Shown here piece after piece: positions 42,137-63,585 of a stretch of 64,000 bases of DNA (the first letter of the stretch is position 1; each line of letters opens with the position of its first letter). This DNA is from Fimicolochytrium jonesii (taxonomy: Eukaryota): positions 682,001 through 746,000 of the forward strand of contig NW_026515680.1 in NCBI RefSeq assembly GCF_025526975.1, read 5' to 3'. The notes below the pieces were generated by a model. It saw only the letters and a list, made by a program, of their open reading frames with translations, did not search any database and was not told where the DNA came from. The translations under genes were made by a program, and so were the position numbers.

Positions 42137-43855
42137 TCAGCAGCAACTTGCGGTCGTGCCAGGCATAATGCCGCAGGGAGACGCGTCCGGACAAAGTGAA
42201 GTGGTTTCGACACATCCCGCTCTAAGCCCGTCCTGACTCCTGCGAATGTTCGGTCGGATTGAGAACTCTCTTGTTACAGGATGCATGCCTCCGAGTTCCC
42301 TGTTTTCCGCTTTCCAGGAATAGGAAAATGCAGCAGGCTGTTTGACGGGAGTCATCGTGCGTGACATGTTGTATGCGCAGTCCGGGCATAAACTCCGCTT
42401 CCATGTCAAAAAGGCCATCCGGGACGAATGTTCCGAATCTCGGATGCAGGACACCTGTTCGCGAAGGGCCTGTCCCACCAAGTCCAAGCCCAGTCCGGGC
42501 AGGAACGATCCGGCGCGTTCCCATCGGCCTTTTCTCCAGCCCTATCCAGCCCTACACGTGAAGCGTATGAGTTGATATGCTAGCCTATGCAAGATGCGCG
42601 TATGTACCTGGTTTGCCGATCCCGCTCGACTGAAAGGTCCCGCGGCTTGTAAAGCAATTGCTTGTGGACCATGGGAAAGGGACTGGTCTGGTCAGGATGG
42701 TGGCACTGACGAACAATCATCTATGCTGTGATGACCCTTCCCGCAATATTGGAGAAACGTTCTGATAATCGACAGAACAGCGATGATCCTCACGTCTTCC
42801 TCCTCAAAGAACGTCCATTAACGCGGTGTGATGGCAGTGATTCAATAGTGGGGCCAGGTATGCTCCTCCTGACCTTTGCTTCGAATTAATGACCGTCGCT
42901 GTCTACCGGTCTCCCCCAAAACTGTTCTTCGCGGATATCTGGGAGAGTGTTTCACACACTCCGTGTCGTTCTCGACGAACCCGAACCGTCCCCGTTGCAC
43001 GCTCACCGCAAGCGGTCCGTCGCACCCATGTACTCTTGCTGCGGGTAGTGGTCGGTGATGGTACCCGGCAGAGATCCAGATGTACAGACCCAGATTTCCC
43101 CGGTACTCCCAGCGAGATTCCCGCCGCGCAATCCAGCAAGTAGACACCCCGCCTCAGAACTCCAAGACAGAGCCGAGACATCCATCAACTCCTGCCAATA
43201 GTCACCAGCGCGGTCACCAACTCCCCTCTCGAAGGCGTCGAAGGTGGGGACAAATGTGGAAGGGAGCGCCAGCACGGCGAGTGCTTGAGGTTGATCAGCG
43301 AATGCCACGAAGGACGTGATTGGGGCACGCGAACCTGGTGTTGCCACGTCCGGAAACACGCGAAGCTGGCTTGCGTTCACGGTTCGGTGCACGGGCTGAG
43401 CCGAGGACTGGCCAACAGGAGGTATCGAGACCGTCCAAGAACGAGACGGCTACGCGCGAGAGTCCTTGAGGTATTGTGCGACTTGGCCCGATGACCGACG
43501 AGGCCGTAGACAGAGATGGGTTCAGGCAGTCGATAGCGGGAAGCCGCAGCAATAACACGCGAAAACAGGAAGCGAGTGGGCGGCTGCTTTGGAGACGCGT
43601 CGGATACACCGAAAAGTTCCTCGCGTGGACGAGAGGCGAAGGCAATCGGTCGGGGACGAGCTCCGGAACGACGTTTGGCCGAACGCGAGAAGCTGCGTGC
43701 GAGATGGGATGAGAGACCGACTGTAGGAACTGGGTACTTGATTGACGATAGCGCGCCAGGATGAGGGGCGAAGCGCGAAATACATGTTGGAAAACCGTGA
43801 GTAGTGGTGGTTTGGATTGCAACGTGAGAGACTTGAAAGGTGGCCCAAGCTGCAA
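42137..43855 (-). pseudogene. Degenerate protein-coding remnant, family unknown
   Basis: Protein-like patches in shifting frames with stops (QALAVLALPSTFVPTFDAFERGVGDRAGDYWQELMDVSALSW; WTFFEEEDVRIIAVLSIIRTFLQY). Confidence 0.3.
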
Positions 43856-43967
43856 CTTCAGAAGAAGACAGAGCGCAATGCGCAGGAAAGGTCAACATAA
43901 ACACTGAAGAAATGCGACGAAACCGTGAAAAAGTGATAAGACGCCCTGGCACAATGAGCATACCAGG

Positions 43968-44600
43968 CACGACAAAACAAAAAAAAGGAATAAATGCCAT
44001 AGACACATAAAAGTCAATTGAAAGGTATGCTTCGACGCTGGTTGTCTGCAAGTCCGTGTCCTTGTTCGGGAAGGACAACGCTGTGGCGACGACAACCAAA
44101 AAAAAGCGGATTAAATGCCTGTGAAGAATAGGACACATAAAAGGCCATTGAAATGTATGCTTCGACGCTGGTTGTCTGCAAGTCCGTGTCCTTGTTCGGG
44201 ACGGACAACAACCAAAAAAAAGTGGATAAAATGCCTGTGAGAATGATACATAAAAGGCAATTGAAAGGTATGCTTCAAGGCCGGTTGTCTGCAAGTCGGT
44301 GTCTTTGTTCGGAAAGGACAACGCTACAACCAAAAAAAAAGCGAATTAATGCAAATCGTCTTTGTTCGGATGCTCCTTCAACGACAACCAAAAAAAAGCG
44401 GATTAAATGCCTTTGCAGAATGGACATAAAATCGTCTTTGTTCGGGAAGGACAACGCTACTGCAACGACAACCAAAAAAAATGGCGGATTAAATGCCTGT
44501 AAAGAATCCGGTTGTCTGCAAGTCCGTGTCCTTGTTCGGGAGTTTACAAGGACAAGCAAAAAAAAAGTGGATTAAATTCCGGTAAAGAATGGATTCAAAG
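43968..44600. repeat. Degenerate tandem array: about 6-7 units of ~120 bp and internally deleted 60-100-bp variants
   Basis: Recurrent ACAACC-A(7-10)-GCGGATTAAATGCC and GGTTGTCTGCAAGTCCGTGTCCTTGTTCGGGAAGGACAAC blocks. Confidence 0.92.
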
Positions 44601-45263
44601 GGTGATCAAAATGTACATTGCCAGCCATTCTTCCTCCGCGAGAACGATGCTGGTGCAACGAGCGGGTCGAAGCAGGGGGGATTTGTATGACTGCAGTGGA
44701 AAGATCGACGTCGGTCGAAACGCGTTGGGTGCTTAGTCATGACGCGTAACTAATTCAACACTCGTGCTAAGGCAAACCAACAAATTGCATACGGAAGAGT
44801 GAATAATGAGTGCTCCTAGTACTGATCGGCATGAGATTGGTAGCCCGATGCAGTTCATTGTTGTCTCTCGTGTGATTGATGTCAAGGATCGCCTTACGTT
44901 TGTGCCTGTTCTTGTTGGTGAAAGTGGGGCAAACCCGATACGTTTTCCAGTTCTGCATCCCCGTACCAGACGGGACTATGTGTGTGTGTGAGAAACGGCC
45001 TTTAAGAGCGGCACAGCATAAGTTCCAAAGTCCTCAAGGACACCCAACACCGAGCAGCAACTCAACCGAGCAGCAACTCATAAATGTCCTCATGGTAGGC
45101 AATAAAAGTCGCTCAAAATACATAATCAAAATAAACACAATCGAAAAGACTAAATTACAGAACAGAGGCAAGGGAAGCTACAGCTGACAACACTGATATT
45201 TACCCTCCCTCCCAAACATCCCCACTACTTGAATCGCACAGGCCATGAATAGCCATCCCCCCC

Positions 45264-53129
<7,866 letters not shown>

Positions 53130-53267
53130 CTCCGTTAGCCTGCTGTAATGACGACAACGTACGACAAGAGGTGAGTGCCCAAAGTGCAAGATCAAGTTTC
53201 CAAAAGTACCTGAGATGTACTTGTCGTCGTATCTTTACCTGATAGCAGAGGACTTTGTAAGATTTGA

Positions 53268-55331
<2,064 letters not shown>

Positions 55332-55585
55332 TATGTGGATTGGCGTTGCATGTTTGGGTCTTGCTCGCAGGCTTCGTCTAGGCGATTTTGTATATACACT
55401 ATCAAATAACTCCCTTCTTCTCGTTAGTTGTAGCGTTCAGTAATTTATCATCCGCATTCTCCACATTTCGACCATGATGTCCTCCTGTGTTCGAGGCAAC
55501 CTATGACGATCCTCGCACTTCTCTGAATCTACAATGCGTTTCTATATACCCAATCGGGATGTTGTGGCCGCCACTGGCAAGCCAG

Positions 55586-58500
55586 CTACGCCTTCTCGCC
55601 AACCCCACTCCCCTCCCCGCCAACCCCCCTCGCGACGCCCGTCCCCAACATCCCCCACATCGCCTCCCTACTCGCCACATCCCCACTCACCACCTCATCC
55701 CCGTCCCCCTCCGCAAACTCCAACCCAACCTCCTTCCCCAACCGCCCCACCTCCTCCCTCCCCACCTCCTCCAACACCCGCCTCGCAACCCTCGCCGCCC
55801 CGCCCTCGTTCCTCACCCGACTGCTCTCAATGACCGCCTCGACGCGGCCGAGTTTCCGCATCTGCGAGCCGAGCCCGGCGCGCACGGGCGGGACCAGGGC
55901 GGGGTACTTCTTTGCGTACAGCTTCCACAGCGTGTCGGCCATGCGGCGTTCCAGGAGGGTTTGTTTGGCGTCTGCTGCCGTGCTCCTGGTGGCGGACCCC
56001 GAGATGCGGGCGCGGGCACACGCGGGGACGAGGGACAGCACATTGCGCAAGGTCTTTGCGTCCATGGTGAGGGTGGGTGGCGGGCGGGCGAGGATGGTCA
56101 CGACCTCGTCGAACATCCCGCAGCGCATCAGGGCCTCGAGGCGGGAGGTGTAATTGTTCGTGTCAAACGGGAACGCGAGTTTCTTCAGCTGTTTCCATGT
56201 GGTGTCGAGCGGGGTCAGTTGGGCGGACCACCCGAGGGCGTCGAGGATGAGGGAGACGGTGCGGTGGTCGACGCCCCAGTGTTGGGAGGTGTAGGCGTCG
56301 CGGAGGGCGGGGGGGAGGCTGGGGTCGAAGTTCTCGCGGGCGGATTTGGGGTCGGCGGGGGATACGAGCATTTTGGTGAACAGATCCAGCGCGTTCTGCC
56401 ATTCGCCGGCGTACCCGTAGCCGTCGATGAAGATGTTGAAGGTGTGGTTGTTGGCTCTGTACTCGACGGCCGCGGGGCGCGGGGGTGGGACCCGTTCCTC
56501 CGCGGCTGCTGGGATTGCGACGACGGTGGTGCGGCGGTTAGCCTCAGCCGCCCATACCCCGCGTCGCATCTCGCCATACACGCGCTCCATGTCCTCCGCT
56601 CTTCCTTGTTTGGCGTACCAGTCCAGCACGGCGTTCATGAGGTTCGCGTTTGTGCCCGCGTCATGGGCCTCGAAGCGCGCGCGTTGCACCCACGGGATGG
56701 CCTCGGCGAACTCACGGGCGCTGGTGTACACCGCGATGATGTTGGCGAAGAGGTAGCCGTCGAGGACAGTCAGATGCGCCGTGATTTTGTTGATCAGTCG
56801 TTTGACGGCGTCCATGTCGCCCGTCTGTTCGGCGACCGCGCGGAGGAGCGGGGAGGCGAGACCGGTGTTTACCAGATCTTTTGCGGGGAGAGTTGCAAGG
56901 GCTTCGTCGACGTATTCTTCGGCCAAGTCCAGCTTGTTTTCTTCGACGAGGGCGAGGACGACGGAGCGGTAGGCGTGGTATCCGACGAGCGGGGTGTGCC
57001 GTCTGTTCTCGAGGCGTTTCATGTCATTGAAGACGCGCAGGACGCTATCACTGCCGCGGCCGTGGTGAGAGTAGACCCGCATCATGGTGGTGAAGACGGT
57101 CTGCGTCGCGTCGGGGCGTTTCGATAACTCTTCATACACCCGTTCCACTTCCTCGTGGCGCCCGAGCCTCCACAGCGGACCCGCCATAATCGTAAACGTG
57201 ACCTCACCATACGATTTTATCTCCTTGACCGTCTCCCACATCCGCAACGCCTCCTCCGTCCTCCCCGCCCGGACATGCTCCGTCAGCTCGATATTCGCGC
57301 TCACCATATCCGGTACAACGCCCTTCGTCTCCATCTTGCTCCTAAAGTACTCATACTGATCCAGCATGCCCTCGCGCAACAATCCCTGGCACACGATATT
57401 GAACACGTATTGGTTGGGCTCAATCCCCTTCCGCGCCATCCGCTGCAGCACGCCGTTGATATCGTCCCATTTCTTCTGCTTGACCAGCCGCTCGATGATG
57501 AGGATGTACACGTACGTGTCCGCCTGGTGGCCGTCTAAGTGTAGGTTTTGTAGGATCGCGTGAGCCTCCATATCGAACCCGTTGCGAATTGCGTACTCGA
57601 GGATGGGTGTGACCTTCCGTAGGGAGGGTTTGTCTTTGAGTTCGCGGAGGCGGTTGTAGAGGTGCATAACGCGGGGGAGGTCTTTGCGGACTAAGCCCTG
57701 TTCGATGAGGTCCCAGAACATTTCCTTGGTGACGGGGCGGTCGGTGGGACTTTTCGAGAGGTGGTAGGGGAAGGATTGGAGAAGGAGGTCCATGTAGGCG
57801 TTGGCCTCGTGGTAGTCGTCGAGGGCGAGGAGTTGGCGCACAAGCATCTGGCTGAGGATGCGTTGCGGGAAGACTTGTTTGCTGACGAAGAGCTGGGCGA
57901 GTTCGAGGGCGGCTGCGGGTTGCTCTTCCCGGATGAAGCGCTCGAAGAGGAGGGTGAGGACGCGCTGTTGTTTGAGGAGGATCTGCACACGGACGGATTG
58001 GGGGCGGTCCTTGAACCACTGCTTGAGTTCGGTGATATCGCCTTGTCGACAATTCAGCCAGAAGCGCAGCGGATCCAAATTCTCATTCCCTTCCAGTCCC
58101 CGTTTCGCCGCGTCCTTCAACAACGTGGCCAAGGCGTGATGATTATCTGCAGCGATGAACCGCTCGCCTAGATGTGCGACCGTTTCCCAATCGGGCTCGA
58201 AACCTTCCACCTCCATGCGCTGCAGGAACAACGCGGCGCTTTCGTAGTTCCGCAAACTGAGTATGGGAACCTTAGCCAGTATATTGTAGTGCCTCGCAGA
58301 AACCTTCCCGTCGCCCATGACTGAAGAATACTGCACGAGGAGTTGGCGCATCGCCTTCTCCACATGCGTCTCAAGTTCCGCCAGATCCGTGGCGTTGTAA
58401 TCCTCCGCCGTCACCGAGTCGTAGTGCCGATGCCATGTGTTGAGCAAGATATCAATGGTCTTATCGAAAAATGCGGGCTGCCACATGAGCCGGTTCCGAT

Positions 58501-59347
58501 CATCGGCCAGGTACCGTTCGAAGAACCTAGCGACCTCGCCCGACTTTTTCTGCTTGATCAGGCCCCAGAAGATATGCACAAACATTGTCGGGCTGAACTG
58601 GGCCCGCGCGTTGTCCAATTTCGCAAGCGTGCGGTCGACATCCGCCACCGATTTCCGCTCGTCGTACGTCGTCCGCAGGAGGGTGACGAGATCCTTCATG
58701 AGGACAGGGGCGCCCATCTCAAGCTTCCAATCAAAGACGGCGGTGACCCGCGGTCCAGCGACGTGCGGGGGGCCGTACGAAACCAGCCGCATGGCTTCCC
58801 GCCACAGGCTATGGTCTATAAACAGTCGAAATCTTCCCTCCTTGGCTCTGTTCACGAGTTTCCACAGCTGGTTGAACACTTCCTCTGGGCTGCCTGTTCT
58901 GCCGGCGTTGTCGGGTTCTAGCAGCCTGCGGAATTCCGCCATTTCCTCTTTTGCGGTAGCCTTATCGTTCGCGTAGTTGATAGCCGGAACCCGGCTGCGT
59001 CCAGACTTTGAGGGGGCATACAGGGGGATGGTAGGAAGTGGTTCTGCGAATGATAGAAACTCTTTCACAAAGTTGGTCGTCTTATGGGCTGAGGTGCTTT
59101 TGAACGTCCTTGCGCCGGATGCCCTGGGGATACGAAGGCAGCCCGGTTTCGTCCCGTGACTGATAGTGCTATTCGTGCAGAGGCTCCGCGAGAGCTGGTC
59201 AGCGCATACGGTCAGCAGAACCGCCCCAGAGTGAATGGCAGTTCTCCGTCCCGCGGCGTTGCAGACGTTCGCATGCCTCACGGTTTTGGTGCTAGGGGGA
59301 GCTCGACACTCCATGCTGGCCACCTTTGCTGAAAAGTTTCTTTTCAT
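55586..59347 (-). CDS. Pentatricopeptide-repeat protein, probably mitochondrial, apparently single exon (start uncertain)
   Basis: 1253-aa ORF with ~35-aa PPR units (MARKGIEPNQYVFNIVCQGLLREG, METKGVVPDMVS, NNHTFNIFIDGYGYAGEWQNALDLF, DTNNYTSRLEALMRCG). Confidence 0.9.
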   Translation of the reverse strand: MKRNFSAKVASMECRAPPSTKTVRHANVCNAAGRRTAIHSGAVLLTVCADQLSRSLCTNSTISHGTKPGCLRIPRASGARTFKSTSAHKTTNFVKEFLSFAEPLPTIPLYAPSKSGRSRVPAINYANDKATAKEEMAEFRRLLEPDNAGRTGSPEEVFNQLWKLVNRAKEGRFRLFIDHSLWREAMRLVSYGPPHVAGPRVTAVFDWKLEMGAPVLMKDLVTLLRTTYDERKSVADVDRTLAKLDNARAQFSPTMFVHIFWGLIKQKKSGEVARFFERYLADDRNRLMWQPAFFDKTIDILLNTWHRHYDSVTAEDYNATDLAELETHVEKAMRQLLVQYSSVMGDGKVSARHYNILAKVPILSLRNYESAALFLQRMEVEGFEPDWETVAHLGERFIAADNHHALATLLKDAAKRGLEGNENLDPLRFWLNCRQGDITELKQWFKDRPQSVRVQILLKQQRVLTLLFERFIREEQPAAALELAQLFVSKQVFPQRILSQMLVRQLLALDDYHEANAYMDLLLQSFPYHLSKSPTDRPVTKEMFWDLIEQGLVRKDLPRVMHLYNRLRELKDKPSLRKVTPILEYAIRNGFDMEAHAILQNLHLDGHQADTYVYILIIERLVKQKKWDDINGVLQRMARKGIEPNQYVFNIVCQGLLREGMLDQYEYFRSKMETKGVVPDMVSANIELTEHVRAGRTEEALRMWETVKEIKSYGEVTFTIMAGPLWRLGRHEEVERVYEELSKRPDATQTVFTTMMRVYSHHGRGSDSVLRVFNDMKRLENRRHTPLVGYHAYRSVVLALVEENKLDLAEEYVDEALATLPAKDLVNTGLASPLLRAVAEQTGDMDAVKRLINKITAHLTVLDGYLFANIIAVYTSAREFAEAIPWVQRARFEAHDAGTNANLMNAVLDWYAKQGRAEDMERVYGEMRRGVWAAEANRRTTVVAIPAAAEERVPPPRPAAVEYRANNHTFNIFIDGYGYAGEWQNALDLFTKMLVSPADPKSARENFDPSLPPALRDAYTSQHWGVDHRTVSLILDALGWSAQLTPLDTTWKQLKKLAFPFDTNNYTSRLEALMRCGMFDEVVTILARPPPTLTMDAKTLRNVLSLVPACARARISGSATRSTAADAKQTLLERRMADTLWKLYAKKYPALVPPVRAGLGSQMRKLGRVEAVIESSRVRNEGGAARVARRVLEEVGREEVGRLGKEVGLEFAEGDGDEVVSGDVASREAMWGMLGTGVARGVGGEGSGVGEKA

Positions 59348-59842
59348 AAAGAATCCGGATGAGATAGTGGTATGAAGCCGGACGCGGCGACACTAGGCTT
59401 GGGTGGACAGTCTATGGTACAGTATGTATGTATGTACACTGTCCATATGGTACAGCACAAGGGACAAGGGAGGGGAGTGATCTCCGTGGGCGGAAAAGGT
59501 TCTCTCCAGGTTGGGCCGTTGCAAGTGGGAAGAGTGGGAGGCCAACGCGTTGAACTCTTCGCTCGCAGAACGACGACTGCCACCACAGGGCCCAGCACAG
59601 GGCCATACCCCTACGAAGCCTACGTACCGTACGAACACCCTGCTCAACAGGCCTCATCCTCCTCTCTGCCCTCTCTGCCTGCCTGCCCGCCTGCCCCCCC
59701 CCCGCCGGTCCGGTCCGCTACATATCTCGGCCACCTGGCCCAGATCACTCGGGCGTTCCACCGACCACACCGACACACCACAATAAAACAGCAACACCGC
59801 ATTGTCCGCTCAATCCAACCCACCACATAAGACTCCTGCAAT

Positions 59843-60202
59843 ATGTCACCAACACCACCACCCCAACACGCCACCGACCCGTCCGCTCCCACCTTAATCT
59901 ACCCCGCCAACTGGACCCCTCGCTCCTCCAAACGTCTCGCACACCACCTCCCCGACCCCTCTCTCGCCCTACGGCGCGCAACCGACACAGCGCAGCGGCA
60001 CGGGTACGGCTTCTGGCAATATACGAGCGCCGCGCGGATGGGCGGGTGGATGATTTGGATGGTCGTTGCGGGAGTCATGATAGCGAACTGGGTGTTGGGG
60101 TGGGAGGGGAGGGGGTGGGAGTGGGTTTTGGGGTCGAAGGGCGGTGTGGGGATTGGGATGGAGGGGGATAGGAGGTCGTACGTTGTTAAGGCGGGGTATT
60201 GA
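59843..60202 (+). CDS. Hypothetical small membrane protein (5' end uncertain)
   Basis: 119-aa ORF with one hydrophobic segment (WMIWMVVAGVMIANWVL) and the C-rich to G-rich codon pattern seen in real genes in this window. Confidence 0.4.
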   Translation: MSPTPPPQHATDPSAPTLIYPANWTPRSSKRLAHHLPDPSLALRRATDTAQRHGYGFWQYTSAARMGGWMIWMVVAGVMIANWVLGWEGRGWEWVLGSKGGVGIGMEGDRRSYVVKAGY

Positions 60203-60868
60203 GGAGGAGGGAGGGACTATTTACGTTGGGGGAATCACCGACTCGATTGACCGCCTTGAACGGAACCAGCGTCATTCCAGATGACTGACAGCAGCTTGGG
60301 ACATAGTCTGGAAGTACTACTGGCTGGAGGCTGAAAATACCCACATAGTTATGTCTCTCGGTTCACACATACGACGGGCCGGAAAGAACTCGCACAATTA
60401 CTCCATGTACTGTACATATATCAATCGGAGAAACATGCTTGCTTCAGAGCTGGATCTTCCCTCAGAGGCAAGAGGTGGAACCCCCTGCCAATGCCATTTG
60501 CGTTTGCTCTGGAGTGCACTGCTTCGAAGATATGGAGACGAGGGTCCCGGAATTTGGATGCAGGGAAGAGAAGTGGCGATCTACTGCACCCTTCACTTTC
60601 ATTACACCGAAAGCGGCCCTTTAAGACAAAACCATCTGTCTGGCACTTCAGTTGAAACCCATTTTCGCTGTGGAGCCACAACCCAAGCACCGGGACGTTT
60701 GCAGAGAAAGAGATGCCAGTCTCTGCAATGTGCAAAGATCCTAAGTTAAATGACCAAAAATGTGTTACGCCGATTGTGCGCAATCCCAAACTGCGACCAT
60801 TCCATCTCACCGCCCCCAGCCCACAGCCCACGCCCACTCTTGACCACCATCACATCCGCCTCTCCACC

Positions 60869-61487
60869 CTACTTCAACCAAAGCTTCAACCGAAAGGCAT
60901 CCACCCCATTCAAATAATATCTCTCCATCCGCTTATCCCTCACAAACCCCAGGTTCTGGTACAGCGCCAGCGCGCCCTTATTCGTCTCCTCGGTCTCCAA
61001 CACCACCTCGTCGGCTTCTTCGGCCTGCATTGCTGCTACTGCTTTTTCGACGAGTGCTGAACCTGCGGGACATAAATCGGGGGGGGGGGGGGGGGGGGGG
61101 ATGAGTGGTTGGGAGGTGGGGAGGTGGAGATGGGATGGGGGAGGGAACATTACCGATGCCGAGCTTGCGGTGGGATTTGGAGACGGCGAGCATGGCGATG
61201 TACCCGCGACGTCTGTCGTGATGGGTGTCAAGTTTGCAGACTACCACGCCCACTACTTTCTTCCCCGCCTCCTCACCCGGGCCTTCGCCCACGGTCGTCG
61301 TCCTGTCTCCCCCATGATCTAACCCCTTGTTATCCCCGTCATCGACGACCAGGAAACAAAGCTGGGGCCAGTTGTGGATGAAGTAGCGGTAGGTGTAGAT
61401 GGAGTAAGGTTCCGAGAGGTCGTTTTGGATGAGGGCGACTATGGGGGGGAGCTGGAGCTCTGACTCGTAGGGGATGTAGTGGAGCAT
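60869..61487 (-). CDS. NAA30: N-alpha-acetyltransferase 30 (NatC catalytic subunit, MAK3); 2 exons
   Basis: [78 protein letters not shown]. Intron at about 61063-61152. Confidence 0.96.
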
Positions 61488-61701
61488 TGTTGTTGGCTGG
61501 GAGGGAGGGAGGTGCTGCTGGCTCTGCGGCCGTGAAGTCGATGCCCTCCGACGAGAACGAGACGAGAACGAGAGAACTCAGCGCGAACTCGAACTTTCCC
61601 TTTGTAATTGCGAGCGCCCAAAAGAACCCCCATCCTCCTCCGGAAAAGCGGCAAAGCACACACACACACCCAAACACCACCCCGCACAAAAGCCGTCGGA
61701 A
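61488..61701. promoter_or_regulatory. Probable bidirectional promoter (NAA30 / WBP11)
   Basis: 214 bp separate two divergent start codons. Inferred from geometry only. Confidence 0.55.
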
Positions 61702-63585
61702 ATGGGGAAGAAGCCAGGCAAGGCCATAAACCCCGCCGACGTACGTCTCTATCGCTTTCCACCGCTCCAACCTCCTCGTTGTCAAAGCTAACCTTGCCAT
61801 TCCTGCAATTCACAGGCTCACCGCAAGGCGCAGCGGAAGAAGGAGTTGAAGAAGGTGTGTGAGGGGCAGGGAGAAAGCCGCGGTACATAGTCTCTCTCCA
61901 ATGAAGCTGATGTCTTTGTATCGCAGAATAAAGAAGATCGGAAGAAGGTCCGTCTCTATGCTACGGCGCAAAAGGATACCAAGAAGATCTTCGAGGAGTT
62001 GCAGGCGTTGCAACGTGCAGGTACGAACATCAGCACTTCGAGTCCTCATTGATGCAAAATCTCACATCGCTCTTGTTTCCACACAGAACGCCTCGACCAA
62101 ACCCAACACCGCAAAAAACAACAGCTCGCCGAGAAGTTAAAGAAGATCAACGAGTCCCGCAAAGAGCTCGGTCTCGCCCCCATCGACCCCAACGCACCAC
62201 CGGTATCGCAGCCGAAACCAAAAGTCGATGATGTGGAGATGAAATGGTATCACCCGACGTTTAATCCGCATGGACCGAAGAAACCGGCGGGGTGGAAGGA
62301 GGAGAGTAGTAGTGGGAGTGGGAGTGAGAGTAGTGAGGAGAGTGAGGAGGAGAGTAGTGAGGAGGGGGGGAGTGAGGGTAAGGGATATCGTTTTTGAGGG
62401 GGGTGGGTGTAGTTATGGGAGGTGGAACTGACGGTCATATTGGAAACACAGCTGAAGACGCACCAACGCCAAAACGAGAGCGCGATGACGCATCACCATC
62501 AAAAACGGACGCAGAGCCAGCCCTGAAATTCTCCGATCTGGCCTATATACCCCTCCCCTCCTCGCCAGCCGGGAAGAATGCCGAGGCGCAGATCTACCAT
62601 ACGCTGGAGCTTCCGGAGATCCGGAATAAGGCTGATTATATGCCGACGGAGGCTGGTGGTGGTGCGCAGAATGCGGTGAGACCGCCGTTACCGCAGCATC
62701 CGGTGATGATGCCCCCACCGCATATGCAGCAGGGGTTTGGAGCGTACCCGCCGCCGCCGCCACCGTTCAGGCCTGGGATGCCGATGCCATGTGAGTTTCA
62801 TCGTATCTCCAAGTATTCACTTGGTTAACAGTTCACTCAACACCTTGTCTCATTCATCAACAGCCCACTTCGCCCCACCCCACCCCTTTCCCCCACCCTT
62901 CCCACACAACCTACCCCCCGGGCCCCCACCAGGGGGTCCACCACCCTTCCGCCCACCCTTCCCCTACGGCATGGCCCCACCACCCCACTTTGCCCGCCCA
63001 CCACCACCACCACCGTTCGGCTTCCAAGGCAGACCCATGCCGCCATACCCATACCCGATGCCGCCACCGCAGTTCGGTGCACCGCCACCACATCTCTCAG
63101 CGCCGCCTGCTCCCCCGTCTCATGAAGCTGGACACCCATCACCAACACAACAACCCCAACCCCAACAACCGAAAGTCATAGCAGCAGCACCCAAACTCCG
63201 CGACCTGCACGCCGAATCCGTGAAACTAGTGCCTACAGCCCTCCGTCGCAAAAAACCCGCTCCAAGCTCAAAGGCACGACTTGCCGCCACCCCGGGGTCA
63301 GCTACCTCACAATCACAATCACAACAACCGTCGGTGATACAGCCGAGCGCGGTCAAGAAACCCCGCGTGAACGCCGCGCCGGACGTCGAGAACCCCGATA
63401 CCATGTCCGGGATCAGCTACACCGCGTTCCCGACCCCAGCCACGACTGTGGGCACGGGGAAGGTGCTGCCGACCTTGCAGGCTGTGACGGCGGCGAAGAA
63501 GAAGGACGGGGGTGAGAAGACGAAGGGCAAGACGGCGAATGATGAGTATGAGGAGTTTATGCGGAGCATGGAGGATTTGTTGTGA
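61702..63585 (+). CDS. WBP11: WW domain-binding protein 11 (splicing factor), multi-exon
   Basis: Spliced N-terminus MGKKPGKAINPADAHRKAQRKKELKKNKEDRKKVR; Pro-rich middle; AAPKLRDLHAESVKLVPTALRRK; C-terminal DEYEEFMRSMEDLL. Confidence 0.9.

Noticed and set aside
43377..44333. 318-aa minus-strand ORF with repeated hydrophobic segments
   Set aside because: It reads through the tandem array in inconsistent frames from unit to unit, so it is likely incidental.
43968..44600. CRISPR array
   Set aside because: Units are homologous along their whole length with no unique spacers, there are no cas genes, and the context is eukaryotic.
41400..45000. Fanzor/TnpB or transposase gene next to the repeat array
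   Set aside because: I could not find RuvC, zinc-finger, DDE or HUH motifs in the frames I read. A heavily decayed copy cannot be excluded.
55487..57127. 546-aa plus-strand ORF
   Set aside because: It is the antisense shadow of the GC-rich PPR gene. The same applies to the many ORFs opposite PRP8, fasciclin, RMT2 and the HAD gene.
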